DNA of 13,259 nt, from the NCBI GenBank assembly GCA_044342325.1, contig JBIIPZ010000060.1:1-13259 (forward strand), read 5' to 3'. Shown piece after piece: positions 1 through 9,013 of the stretch (the first letter of the stretch is position 1; each line of letters begins with the position of its first letter). The position numbers and the translations under genes are program-made. The stretch comes from Terrimicrobiaceae bacterium (lineage in GTDB: Bacteria; Verrucomicrobiota; Verrucomicrobiia; Chthoniobacterales; Terrimicrobiaceae). The notes under the pieces were generated by a model. That model saw only the letters and a list, made by a program, of their open reading frames with translations, was not told where the DNA came from and did no database searches.

Positions 1-30
1 CGACAATTCAAATCGGTGTCGGGCTGTCAT
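1..30 (-). CDS. 5' end of an ORF running off the left edge (MTARHRFELS...), possibly a second PqiA-family protein
   Basis: Its ATG (30-28) overlaps the pqiA-like stop TGA (29-27) in an ATGA arrangement, and the frame is open to the edge. The product guess rests only on the upstream gene being half-length PqiA. Confidence 0.45.
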   Translation of the reverse strand, partial: MTARHRFELS

Positions 31-665
31 TTCACGCCCTCCACGTAAAGTTCGGCGCATTTTCGGTCGAAGCACTGAATGGCAAGCATGGTGAGGACGG
101 CAGTTGCGAGAATCCAGAGCGAGCCTGCCTCCCAGCTTACCGTGCCGAGGGTGCGGAGTTTCACGACGGAGACCATGCAGGCGATGGCGAAAACCGGCAG
201 GAGATTCCAGGGTTCAAGTGCCTTGACCAGGCGGAGCGCTGCTCCCATGAATGGAAGGCGCATTTGGAGAGTCCAACAGGCGGAAACATAAGAGACCGAG
301 AGCAGGTAGAAAACCGGCGCTAAAATAGCAGAGAAAAAAACAAGTGCGCCGAGGGGTTGAAATCCCTGCATCCACAAACCTTCGACACCTGTGATTATCA
401 AGTTTTCCTGATAATTTCCTGCGACGCTGAAGATGAGAATCGGATTCATATTAGCCGGGATGAGCGTGATCAAGGCCGCCATCGCAAAAGCCCAGGCCGC
501 CATCATCGTGCGCCCGGGGTGTGCTGACTTGATTTGCTCACCACAGCGTCCGCAGCAAAGGAATTCATGGGGTTTCAACTGGCGGTCGCGCAATGGAGCA
601 TGACAGCGGTGGCACTGAATCCAGCGCAGGTCGGGTGGCGGAGCTGATGAATTGAGTGCGGACAT
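27..665 (-). CDS. pqiA: Paraquat-inducible protein A family inner-membrane protein (single PqiA domain)
   Basis: 212 aa. N-terminal CxxC...CxxC pair (CHRCH, CGRCG), then ALITLIPANMNP, GVEGLW, LVFFSAILAP, PWNLLPVFAIACMVSVVKL and four hydrophobic segments, matching the PqiA pattern. Confidence 0.85.
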   Translation of the reverse strand: MSALNSSAPPPDLRWIQCHRCHAPLRDRQLKPHEFLCCGRCGEQIKSAHPGRTMMAAWAFAMAALITLIPANMNPILIFSVAGNYQENLIITGVEGLWMQGFQPLGALVFFSAILAPVFYLLSVSYVSACWTLQMRLPFMGAALRLVKALEPWNLLPVFAIACMVSVVKLRTLGTVSWEAGSLWILATAVLTMLAIQCFDRKCAELYVEGVK

Positions 666-717
666 AGCCGAGGACTAAATGACAACTCCGATCAGGGCGT
701 GAAAATCATTTGCCCGG

Positions 718-1518
718 TTAGCGTGGAACGATCGCGAGAAAATTCCGAACACGGACAATTTCGGCCAGTGAAATGCCATTTCCCGCCCACATGCCACTGG
801 AGCTGCCGCCATCGAGGTTGATGGCCGTTTTTGGCTTCCATGTATCAAGAATCGAAGGCAACGCGAGGATGCGGGCGGCATCTGCCAGTGTGACGGATGA
901 GATGTAAATAAGAGCGGTTTCGCCACGAGTTCCCTTCGCCACAACGGTCCGGCGGGCGATTCGTTCGTCATTGAGACCGGGGACCAACTGGTCATCCTCC
1001 ACAAGCATTGGCCCGCATTGGAGGGCTTGGAGGAGAGGCGATTTGCCGGAATCGTATTCCCCCGAGCGGAGGATCGAAACATGGCCGTCTTGTTTCACCC
1101 CGACCAGTCCACTGAGGAGTTTTGCCTTCTCAAAGCCGTTGATTGTTTTGCCATCGGAGATCATGAGGCCTACCGGACGGTAGTCTTTATGAAAATAGCC
1201 CCCGTTGACACCCGCCACTACCTTGGCGTTGTTCAGAGTGTTGGCCAGCGTCGCATTTCCAGGGGAGGGACTATCGATGACGCGAAGAGTGTGGTTTTTG
1301 TCATTGAAGCAAAGCGCAGTGACTCGGGCGGTCTGGTTTCCGTTCACACAGCGGGTTTCGATGACCTCCACCCCGGGACTAGGCGATCCGAGGCCTGTGG
1401 CAGAAACGATGCTCCACTCCGCCCCTGCCGAAAGAATCGTGGTGAGGAGGGCGATCTGAGCGACCAGGAACGCCCGCCACCTGCAACAGCTAGGAACTTT
1501 GGAAATGACTGAATTCAT
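718..1518 (-). CDS. Exported phosphodiester glycosidase family protein (NAGPA/DUF2233-like)
   Basis: Motifs GVNGGYF, GPMLV, ARRT and AINLDGGSSS. Signal-peptide-like RWRAFLVAQIALLTTILSAGA-EW. Start uncertain: ATG 1518 chosen, with ATG 1545 or TTG 1557 possible. Confidence 0.8.
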   Translation of the reverse strand: MNSVISKVPSCCRWRAFLVAQIALLTTILSAGAEWSIVSATGLGSPSPGVEVIETRCVNGNQTARVTALCFNDKNHTLRVIDSPSPGNATLANTLNNAKVVAGVNGGYFHKDYRPVGLMISDGKTINGFEKAKLLSGLVGVKQDGHVSILRSGEYDSGKSPLLQALQCGPMLVEDDQLVPGLNDERIARRTVVAKGTRGETALIYISSVTLADAARILALPSILDTWKPKTAINLDGGSSSGMWAGNGISLAEIVRVRNFLAIVPR

Positions 1519-1559
1519 GCTGAAGCAAGCGGGCGGTTGGAGCATTCGGATGTTCAATG

Positions 1560-3509
1560 TTACTCGTCTTTTGCAGAACTGAGGCGTGTAAGAACGCTCA
1601 AATCTTCGAGCGTCGTCGTGTCGCCGGTGATCTGGACTCCGGCGGCGATTTGTTTCAAGAGACGGCGCATGATTTTTCCACTTCGTGTTTTTGGCAGGGA
1701 CTCGGTGAAACGAATTTCGTCCGGCTTGGCGATGGGACCGATGACTTTTCCAACATGGTTGCGAATTTCCGCCGAAAGGTGCTTCGATGCGGCATGGCCT
1801 TCGCGGAGGGTAACGAAAGCCACCACGCCTTGGCCTTTGATCTCATCGGGACGCCCCACAACTGCCGCTTCGGCAACGGAAGGATGACCGACGAGGGCAC
1901 TTTCGACTTCGGCCGTTCCGAGTCGGTGACCGGCGACATTCAACACATCATCGATACGGCCAACGATCCAGAAATAGCCGTCTTTGTCCCGGCGTGCACC
2001 GTCGCCCGTGAAGTAGGCGCCTTTAACCTCGCTCCAATACTGTTTTTTGTAGCGAGGCTTGTCTCCGTAGATTGTCCGAAGCATGGCAGGCCAAGGTTTG
2101 CGAATGACAAGCTTGCCGCCTTCACCATGCTTCACTTCTTTACCGTTGTCGTCGACGATTGCTGCATCGACGCCGAAGAAAGGAAGCGTGGCCGTGCCTG
2201 GTTTGAGTGGCGTGGCACCTGGCAACGGTGAAATGAGAATCATGCCAGTCTCAGTCTGCCACCAGGTGTCAACAATCGGACAACGCTCGGCGCCGATGTG
2301 TTTATGATACCACATCCAGGCTTCGGGGTTGATGGGTTCTCCCACGCTACCGAGGAGTCTGAGTGAGGAGAGGTCGTGTTTCTTTGGCCACTCGTCTCCC
2401 CATTTCATGAATGCACGAATGGCGGTGGGTGCCGTGTAAAGGATCGTCACGCCGAGTTCCTCGATGATTTTCCAAAAGCGATCCGGCTCCGGCCAATTCG
2501 GGGCACCCTCGTAAAGAACGCAGGTAGCTCCATTGGCAAGCGGGCCGTAAACTAGGTAGCTGTGTCCGGTGATCCAGCCAACGTCGGCTGTGCACCAGTA
2601 AACATCCTCTTCTTTGAGGTCGAAGATGTATTTACTCGTTGCAGCCGTGCCGGTCATGTAGCCGCCAGTCGTGTGCAGAATGCCCTTCGGCTTCCCGGTA
2701 GAGCCGCTTGTGTAGAGGATGAACAACGGATGTTCGCTGTCGAGCGGGATGGCAGGGCAATTCGCATCGACATATTCAGCCTCGCGATGCCACCAGACAT
2801 CGCGGCCTTCTTCGATGTGGACATCCATCGTGGTGCGCTTGGCAACGATGACGCGTTTGACCTCGGTGTTCCCTTGGAGGGCGTGGTCGACATTCTGCTT
2901 GAGCGTGACGCATTGACCACGGCGGTAGCCGGCGTCTGCTGTCACCACAATTTTCGAACCGCTGTCCGCCAAGCGATCCTTGATGCTTTCACTGCTGAAT
3001 CCACCGAAGACAACCGTGTGAACCGCTCCAATGCGGGCGCAGGCCAACATCGCGATGACAGCCTCCGGAATAAGAGGCATGTAGATCAAAACGCGGTCGC
3101 CCTTTTTGACGCCATTGCGCTTGAGGATATTTCCAAAGATGCAGACTTCGCGGTGAAGTTGGTGATAGGTCAGCGTGCGGCGCTCACCAGGTTCGCCTTC
3201 CCAAATAATGGCCGCCTTGTTGCGGCGAGGTCCGTTGAGATGGCGATCGAGGCAGTTTTCCGAGGCGTTTAATTGGCCCCCGACGAACCATTCGGCATAG
3301 GGCTCTTTCCAGTCCAAAACTTTTTTCCACTTCTTTTGCCAGACTAGCTCAGATGCCTCACGGGCCCAAAATTTCTCGGGATTCTTGAGAGAATCGGCGT
3401 GAAGTTTTTTGTAATCGGCGAAACTTTTGACTGCTGCTTTTTTTGAGAAAGCGGAGGCTGGTTTGAAGATGCGTTTTTCTTGTAGGTGGGATTCGATATT
3501 TTGACTCAT
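1560..3509 (-). CDS. acs: Acetyl-CoA synthetase (AMP-forming)
   Basis: 649 aa with [62 protein letters not shown] and [11 protein letters not shown] (acetylation-site Lys). Confidence 0.98.
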   Translation of the reverse strand: MSQNIESHLQEKRIFKPASAFSKKAAVKSFADYKKLHADSLKNPEKFWAREASELVWQKKWKKVLDWKEPYAEWFVGGQLNASENCLDRHLNGPRRNKAAIIWEGEPGERRTLTYHQLHREVCIFGNILKRNGVKKGDRVLIYMPLIPEAVIAMLACARIGAVHTVVFGGFSSESIKDRLADSGSKIVVTADAGYRRGQCVTLKQNVDHALQGNTEVKRVIVAKRTTMDVHIEEGRDVWWHREAEYVDANCPAIPLDSEHPLFILYTSGSTGKPKGILHTTGGYMTGTAATSKYIFDLKEEDVYWCTADVGWITGHSYLVYGPLANGATCVLYEGAPNWPEPDRFWKIIEELGVTILYTAPTAIRAFMKWGDEWPKKHDLSSLRLLGSVGEPINPEAWMWYHKHIGAERCPIVDTWWQTETGMILISPLPGATPLKPGTATLPFFGVDAAIVDDNGKEVKHGEGGKLVIRKPWPAMLRTIYGDKPRYKKQYWSEVKGAYFTGDGARRDKDGYFWIVGRIDDVLNVAGHRLGTAEVESALVGHPSVAEAAVVGRPDEIKGQGVVAFVTLREGHAASKHLSAEIRNHVGKVIGPIAKPDEIRFTESLPKTRSGKIMRRLLKQIAAGVQITGDTTTLEDLSVLTRLSSAKDE

Positions 3510-3576
3510 AGGGGCAGGAACGGATATTTAAGGCAGATCGGTTGTGGTTTTGCAACACAGCATCGAAATTCCCTGC

Positions 3577-3607
3577 TTGCCAAAAAGGGATGCCAAGCGG
3601 GTAGTGT
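3577..3607 (+). promoter_or_regulatory. Putative sigma70-type promoter for the RelE-like/aminotransferase unit, probably leaderless
   Basis: TTGCCA (3577-3582), a 19-bp spacer (longer than usual), TAGTGT (3602-3607), then GTG start 6 nt later with no clear SD. Confidence 0.35.
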
Positions 3608-3613
3608 GGGGTT

Positions 3614-3976
3614 GTGTTTCAAGTGATTTTCAATCGAATCAGCGCTGCGGAGATGGCTGCGCTGCCAAAGGATTTGCAGTTGGACCTGCTGGCGGAATTT
3701 CAGTTTCTACCCGGAGATCTAGAGTCTCTGGAGGATGAGAAATTTGGAAAGGTCTCGAGGGATGGACGCTCGCTGCTGCGCTATCGGGCGAGGGATTACC
3801 GGATTTATTTTGAGAAGCATCCTGAGGGGCTTTTGATTCACCGTGTGCTTCACAAAAACACGATTCGCGACTTCCTTTTTCGCTCGAATCTCCCGATCGA
3901 TGAAGAGGACGGGGAGGTCGCCAAGACAAATGATTTCTGGTCGCTTATCCACGAAGCCGAGGAGTCGAGAAAGTGA
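3614..3976 (+). CDS. RelE/ParE-fold protein with acidic C-terminal extension; no adjacent antitoxin
   Basis: 120 aa. MFQVIF..SAAEMAALP start, LRYRARDYRIYF (compare RelE YRLRVGDYRI) and IHRVLHK. Stop overlaps the next start (GTGA, 3973-3976). Confidence 0.7.
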   Translation: MFQVIFNRISAAEMAALPKDLQLDLLAEFQFLPGDLESLEDEKFGKVSRDGRSLLRYRARDYRIYFEKHPEGLLIHRVLHKNTIRDFLFRSNLPIDEEDGEVAKTNDFWSLIHEAEESRK

Positions 3977-5124
3977 GATTTTTCAAAGACGAGGCTGAGC
4001 GTAGGCGGGAGTTTCCTGTTGTCGAAAACGGAATTTTTCTTGGCCACGCCGGTGTGACAATACTCCCGCGTCTCGCGGCGGATGCCATGAAGGCCCATGC
4101 GGAGGCGAGTTGTCACAAGCATCAGGAATTTGGAGAGGTCCTGCGGGATGTCGCCCGAACGCGCTCGCTCTGCGCGAAGCTCATTGGCGCAAATGCCGAT
4201 GAAATCGCACTGCTCGGGCCGACTTCGCTTGGGCTGAGCTTGTTTGCAAATGGGCTCGATTGGCAGGCCGGTGACGAGGTTGTTTATTACGGGGACGACT
4301 ACCCTGCGAATGTGTATCCGTGGACTGCGCTTGCTTCGCGCGGTGTCGCTGCAAAGGAACTTCACCCTGATCAGCCTGGAGGAATCACTCCTGAGCTCGT
4401 CGAATCCGCTCTGACGCCGAGAACTAAATTGGTCGCGCTGGCATCCTGTCACTACCTGAGCGGGCGCCGAATCGATGTCGAAGCAATCGGCCTCATGCTT
4501 CGGGAGAAAGGCGTCTTGTTTTCGCTTGATGCCATACAGACCCTTGGTGCAGCGCCACTCGATGTCGAGTTCGTTGATTTCCTCAGTGCCGATGCTCATA
4601 AGTGGATGCTTGGGCCCATGGCCATGGGAATCGTTTTTGTGGCGCGGAGGAATTTTGAAAAATGCCGTCCGACATTGCTTGGGGCTTGGAATGTCAAATC
4701 CCCGGATTTTATCGCTCAAAAGGAAATTGCCTTTGAAGAGACCGCCCGCCGCTATGAACCTGGAGTTTTAAATATCGCCGGCATGTATGGGATGAAGGCC
4801 AGCCTCGAAATGCTTCTCGAGATCGGCTTGGAAAATGTGCAATCCGGGATTTTGGAGAACAGGGATTATTTGGAGGACAAACTCAGCGCGGCAGGCTTTG
4901 AATTTCTCTCGCCAAGAGCTGGGGATCCTATGAGGTCCGGGATTTTAACGACGAGGCACGCATCCATCGAAAGTGGCGCGATATTTTCGAGACTCGAAGC
5001 CGCAGGAATAACTGCTTCAGTGAGAAAAAGCCATTGCGGCAGGCACTGGATTAGGTTCAGTCCGCATTTCTACAATACTATTAATGAAATGGAACGCGTC
5101 GCGGAAATTATGACACGGGATTAG
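3973..5124 (+). CDS. Class V PLP-dependent aminotransferase / cysteine desulfurase or cystine lyase-like enzyme
   Basis: 383 aa. REFP..FLGHAG, DYPAN, DAIQTLG, SADAHKWMLGP (PLP Lys), RYEPG and IRFSPHFYN. Confidence 0.92.
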   Translation: MRFFKDEAERRREFPVVENGIFLGHAGVTILPRLAADAMKAHAEASCHKHQEFGEVLRDVARTRSLCAKLIGANADEIALLGPTSLGLSLFANGLDWQAGDEVVYYGDDYPANVYPWTALASRGVAAKELHPDQPGGITPELVESALTPRTKLVALASCHYLSGRRIDVEAIGLMLREKGVLFSLDAIQTLGAAPLDVEFVDFLSADAHKWMLGPMAMGIVFVARRNFEKCRPTLLGAWNVKSPDFIAQKEIAFEETARRYEPGVLNIAGMYGMKASLEMLLEIGLENVQSGILENRDYLEDKLSAAGFEFLSPRAGDPMRSGILTTRHASIESGAIFSRLEAAGITASVRKSHCGRHWIRFSPHFYNTINEMERVAEIMTRD

Positions 5125-5150
5125 TGTAGAGGCAAGAAAATAAATTTTAA

Positions 5151-5197
5151 GGCGCGTATAATAATTTAGTGGCATTTTTAAATGGCGCGTTTACAAT
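5151..5197 (+). promoter_or_regulatory. AT-rich promoter region of the Fic gene with a GGCGCGT direct repeat, each copy followed by a -10-like hexamer
   Basis: GGCGCGT at 5151-5157 and 5184-5190; TATAAT at 5157-5162 and TACAAT at 5192-5197. Confidence 0.45.
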
Positions 5198-5210
5198 TCG
5201 TGCTAAGAAA

Positions 5211-6545
5211 ATGCCAAGAAAAATATCACATTCCAGAGTCTACTCGGTTATAAAAGCTGCCGAGTGCTTTCCTTTTGGAGCATCGATCAAGGACATTCTC
5301 ACCATCCCCATGATGAGGGGAACTCCAAAAAGAACGCTTCAAAGAGACCTCGACCGATTGGTTCAAGCCGGACACCTTAAACTTAAGGGCAAGGGACGCG
5401 CAACGCGTTACGTTATTCCTTTTGAAGAAGAAGGATCAACGAGCATCTTAAGAGAGGAACCAGATTCCTTTACGAGCGATACGCCATGGCTATCTCCCGA
5501 AGGGCGCCGTATTCGTTATTTGGTTCAGAGGCCTCGCACTGAACGCATTCCAGTCGGATACAGGTCCGATTTTTTGGATGCGTATCAACCGAATCGCACA
5601 TTTTACTTGCCCGCCGAAACGCGCGACGAACTGGCGCGATTTGGATATGTAGGCGCGGACGAATTGCCTCCTGGCACTTATTTGAGGCAAGTTTTGCAAC
5701 GCCTCTTGATCGAACTATCTTGGAATTCGAGCCGCCTTGAGGGAAATACCTACTCATTGCTTGAGACCGAACGCTTGCTCCACCTCGGTGAGGCCGCCGA
5801 GGGGCATAAATCCGAAGAGACGCAAATGATCCTCAACCATAAAGCAGCACTCGAGATGCTGTCCGACAACCCTACTGGCGTGGGGTTCAATAGCCATACT
5901 GTCTGCAATCTGCATGCGCTGCTTGCCGATAATCTCCTTCATGACCCGGCATCGTGCGGCCGCGTCCGCTCGCGGCCTGTTGGCATAAGCGGAACAGTTT
6001 TCCACCCGCTGGCTGTTCCACAACTTATTGAAGAGAAATTCGAGCAGATCTTATGGGTGGCGAAGCCATTTGAAGATGTGAATAAGAGGGTTTCCCGCCT
6101 TGCTGCAAACATTCCAATGATTCGCCATAACCTCTGCCCTCTCTCATTCACAGGGGTTGAGCAAAAGGATTACATCGGGGGTCTGCTTGGTGTCTATGAA
6201 CTGAACTGCATCGAGTATCTGCGCGATGTGTTTGTCTGGGCCTACAAAAGCTCCGCAAACCAATATATCGGCGTCAAAGAAACCCTCGGTTCGCCCGATC
6301 CATTTCGTTTAAAATACCGAAGCGAAATAACGCGTTTCGTTAGCGAAATCGCACGAAAACAAATGGATCGATTGCTATCCCTGGAATGGACGATCGCCGA
6401 GGCGGGTAGGTCCTTACCAAAAGACGATAGGGAGAGATTCCAAGAAGTCATACGCATCGAATTGGAGGGGTTGCATTCAGGCAATATCGCGAGACATCGC
6501 CTGCGCTTGTCGGAATTCGAGGCTTGGAAAAACAACTGGAAATAA
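5211..6545 (+). CDS. Fic (Fido) domain protein with N-terminal winged HTH; non-canonical and possibly deleted active site
   Basis: wHTH-like SIKDIL..PKRTLQRDLDRLVQAGHL..GKGRATRY, inhibitory motif SSRLEGN (5727-5747), LHALLADNL, and Fic loop variant KPFEDVNKRVSR. ATG 5211 preferred over GTG 5169, which lies in the promoter-like region. Confidence 0.88.
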   Translation: MPRKISHSRVYSVIKAAECFPFGASIKDILTIPMMRGTPKRTLQRDLDRLVQAGHLKLKGKGRATRYVIPFEEEGSTSILREEPDSFTSDTPWLSPEGRRIRYLVQRPRTERIPVGYRSDFLDAYQPNRTFYLPAETRDELARFGYVGADELPPGTYLRQVLQRLLIELSWNSSRLEGNTYSLLETERLLHLGEAAEGHKSEETQMILNHKAALEMLSDNPTGVGFNSHTVCNLHALLADNLLHDPASCGRVRSRPVGISGTVFHPLAVPQLIEEKFEQILWVAKPFEDVNKRVSRLAANIPMIRHNLCPLSFTGVEQKDYIGGLLGVYELNCIEYLRDVFVWAYKSSANQYIGVKETLGSPDPFRLKYRSEITRFVSEIARKQMDRLLSLEWTIAEAGRSLPKDDRERFQEVIRIELEGLHSGNIARHRLRLSEFEAWKNNWK

Positions 6546-6564
6546 CAATGCGCCGCGACTGCGG

Positions 6565-6592
6565 AAAAGCATTACCCCCATGATGCTTTTTT
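6565..6592. terminator. Possible bidirectional terminator hairpin between convergent genes
   Basis: AAAAGCATTA-CCCCCA-TGATGCTTTT is a 10-bp stem with one wobble pair, with an A-run on the left and a T-run on the right. The stem is AT-rich and therefore weak. Confidence 0.45.
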
Positions 6593-6605
6593 CTGAGCGG
6601 GATGA

Positions 6606-7703
6606 TTAGCTCCCGTGCTTGGAGTGCCAGTCTTTGTAAGCGAAGGGCGAGATTTCTGAGGGCTTGATCTCGCTGCGTCCGCCCCAGAAGACATTCGTGT
6701 AGGAGACAGGGATGCCGGCTTCGACAAGATGGGCGTCGATGGCGGCTTTGAATTGCATGACGCGATCCTTCTCGGTTCCATGGGAGACGGCCATGATGTT
6801 CACATTGTTGAACTCGGGACCTCCCTCGCGCCAGTAGCAATGCGTGAGACATTCGTGGCGACCGATCTGAGCGCCGACCTCTTCTTCGCGACCGACTGGA
6901 ACGGCCCAATGGAAGAGGGCGTTGAAACGAGTCACGCGCACGCCGGTTTGCGAGGGTTTCACATGTTCCAGAAAAGTGGAGAAACGACCAAGCAGCTTGC
7001 GCTGTTGGAGGGATTCGGCGACGGCGTAGAATTCCTCAAGGGTGACTCCAGCCTCCTCCGCTCGGGAGTGCCACGCCGGTTCGCGAATTTCCTCTGGAGC
7101 AAATTCGCGCTTGAGGGTCATGAGAACACGCCATTCGTGATCGGTAAGATGAACGACGCCTGTTTTGAGCATGCGGGCAGAACCCTCCGATTTGTCGCCC
7201 GGCTCGATCGTCTTGCGGCGGACATGACCGACTCCGAGGGCAAAGATGCCCTTAGCCGGCATAAGGCGATAGGCCTCGGCACCGGTAAGGCTCATGAGAA
7301 GGCGGCAATGGGCATCGAGCGACTGGCCTGCGGGCACTTTCAAAGTCGTCCAGAGTTTGTAGGCCTCGCCAGGGATTTTGGCATCCGTCGAGCGGATGAC
7401 GACATGGCCCGAAAACGGGTCCTCGCGGAACATGAAATCAAAGGCGGCATCGAGTTTCTCAGCGGGCACTTTCCAGGCCACAAGCGCCCCCTCGGCGAGA
7501 TTCGTGGCCAGAAGAGTCTGACGGACGCGGCGGATCGTTCCTGCATCAACCATGGCGCGGATGCGTTCGATAACGACGGGCAACTCCACGCCGCTGAGGC
7601 GGGAAATTTCCTGAAACGGCTCCCGGGGAAAACCGGAAATCTTGTCTTCGGAAACGGCGAGGATGCGGGCGTTGACGGGGTCGTGGTGCTCGGTCGGAAT
7701 CAT
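6606..7703 (-). CDS. Fused two-module Lrp/AsnC-fold protein, siroheme decarboxylase-like (AhbA/AhbB or NirDL type)
   Basis: Two HTH+RAM repeats (EPFQEISRLSGV..GTIRRV and EPAWHSRAEEAGV..KLLGRF) with GALVAWKVP / NALFHWAVP and HxxxR motifs SGHVVIR / THCYWR. ATG 7703 (365 aa) chosen over 7784, which overlaps the divergent promoter. Confidence 0.78.
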   Translation of the reverse strand: MIPTEHHDPVNARILAVSEDKISGFPREPFQEISRLSGVELPVVIERIRAMVDAGTIRRVRQTLLATNLAEGALVAWKVPAEKLDAAFDFMFREDPFSGHVVIRSTDAKIPGEAYKLWTTLKVPAGQSLDAHCRLLMSLTGAEAYRLMPAKGIFALGVGHVRRKTIEPGDKSEGSARMLKTGVVHLTDHEWRVLMTLKREFAPEEIREPAWHSRAEEAGVTLEEFYAVAESLQQRKLLGRFSTFLEHVKPSQTGVRVTRFNALFHWAVPVGREEEVGAQIGRHECLTHCYWREGGPEFNNVNIMAVSHGTEKDRVMQFKAAIDAHLVEAGIPVSYTNVFWGGRSEIKPSEISPFAYKDWHSKHGS

Positions 7704-7774
7704 TGGAAGACGGGGATGATTGCCGCAGGCACGCAATCTCTGCAAGGCGGGATGTTTTTTTGGCGGGGCGTTTC

Positions 7775-7802
7775 TTGCAATCAATCGCGCGAACGCTATG
7801 CT
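7775..7802 (+). promoter_or_regulatory. Putative sigma70 promoter of moeB
   Basis: TTGCAA (7775-7780), 16 bp, TATGCT (7797-7802), 23 nt upstream of ATG 7826. Confidence 0.5.
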
Positions 7803-7825
7803 TGCGGGCTCATTTTTTAAACGAC

Positions 7826-9013
7826 ATGAAAAGCATTCTGGATCCGGCCCGTGTGGAAAAAATCGACTTCAGCAACGATGAGGTGGCCCGCTACTCGCGG
7901 CATCTCATCATGCCCGAGGTCACCATGGAGGGGCAGAAGCGCCTCAAAGCAGCGAAGGTTCTCTGCATCGGCACAGGCGGACTCGGCTCGCCAATCGCTC
8001 TTTATCTGGCCGCTGCTGGCGTAGGCACGCTCGGGCTTGTGGATTTCGATGTCGTGGATTACTCGAACCTCCAGCGTCAAATTTTGCATGGAACGAAGGA
8101 TGTGGGCCGCAAGAAGCTCAACAGCGCCCGCGACCGCATCAAAGAAATCAATCCGAATGTGCAGGTGAATCTGCACGATGCCCTCTTCCAAGCCGAGAAC
8201 GCCCGCGAGATTGTCGAACCCTACGATATCGTGATCGACGGCACGGATAATTTTCCCACCCGCTACCTGAGCAACGATATCTGTGTTTTTCTGAAGAAGC
8301 CGAACATCTATGGCTCGATCTTCCGCTTCGACGGCCAGTGCACGGTCTTTGCCCCTCATCTCGGCGGTCCCTGCTACCGCTGCCTCTACCCGGAGCCTCC
8401 ACCGCCAGGGATGGTTCCAAGCTGCGCCGAGGGCGGCGTGCTGGGCGTTCTGCCAGGCGTGATTGGGGTGATGCAGGCGATTGAAGCGATCAAGCTCATC
8501 GTAGGAATTGGCGAACCGCTCATCGGCCGCCTTGTTCACTTCGACGCGCTGAAGATGAAATTCCGCGAGTTTAAAATCCGCAAGGATCCGAGCTGCCCAG
8601 TTTGCTCGGAAAACCCGACCATCACCGACCTCATTGATTACGAAACATTCTGCGGCATTCCTCAGGCCCGCGCTGAAGAGGAAGCTGAACAGCCTGTGCC
8701 GGAGATCACGGTGGAAGAACTGAAAGCCCGCATCGACCAGAACGACAAATTCGTCCTTCTCGATGTGCGCGAACCCTACGAATGGGACATCGCCCGCCTC
8801 CCTGGGGCGAAACTCATTCCGCTCGGCGAACTCTCCTCGCGCATGAGTGAGCTCGACACGGCGGATGAAATCATCATCCACTGCAAAGTCGGAGGACGTA
8901 GCGCCACGGCGGTGCGCCATCTGCAGAAGGCTGGTTTTTCGAAACTTCTTAATGTGGCCGGCGGCATCCTCGCTTGGGCTGACAGGGTGGATACCTCGAT
9001 GCCGAAATACTGA
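7826..9013 (+). CDS. moeB: MoeB/ThiF-family adenylyltransferase fused to a C-terminal rhodanese (MoeZ/MoeBR type)
   Basis: RYSRHL, GTGGLG, SNLQRQ, DGTDNF, PCYRC..SCAEGGVLG, CPVC, then rhodanese LLDVREPYEW and HCKVGGRS. Start at ATG 7826 (395 aa), not 7703. Confidence 0.95.
   Translation: MKSILDPARVEKIDFSNDEVARYSRHLIMPEVTMEGQKRLKAAKVLCIGTGGLGSPIALYLAAAGVGTLGLVDFDVVDYSNLQRQILHGTKDVGRKKLNSARDRIKEINPNVQVNLHDALFQAENAREIVEPYDIVIDGTDNFPTRYLSNDICVFLKKPNIYGSIFRFDGQCTVFAPHLGGPCYRCLYPEPPPPGMVPSCAEGGVLGVLPGVIGVMQAIEAIKLIVGIGEPLIGRLVHFDALKMKFREFKIRKDPSCPVCSENPTITDLIDYETFCGIPQARAEEEAEQPVPEITVEELKARIDQNDKFVLLDVREPYEWDIARLPGAKLIPLGELSSRMSELDTADEIIIHCKVGGRSATAVRHLQKAGFSKLLNVAGGILAWADRVDTSMPKY

Noticed and set aside
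3543..3559. TGTG-N9-CACA upstream of acs as a CRP site
   Set aside because: The spacing is one base longer than CRP (TGTGA-N6-TCACA) and the inner A/T positions do not match.
1557..4719. ORFs 1557-2231, 2562-3272 and 3850-4719, plus similar short overlapping ORFs elsewhere
   Set aside because: Shadow frames of acs and the aminotransferase with no family features.
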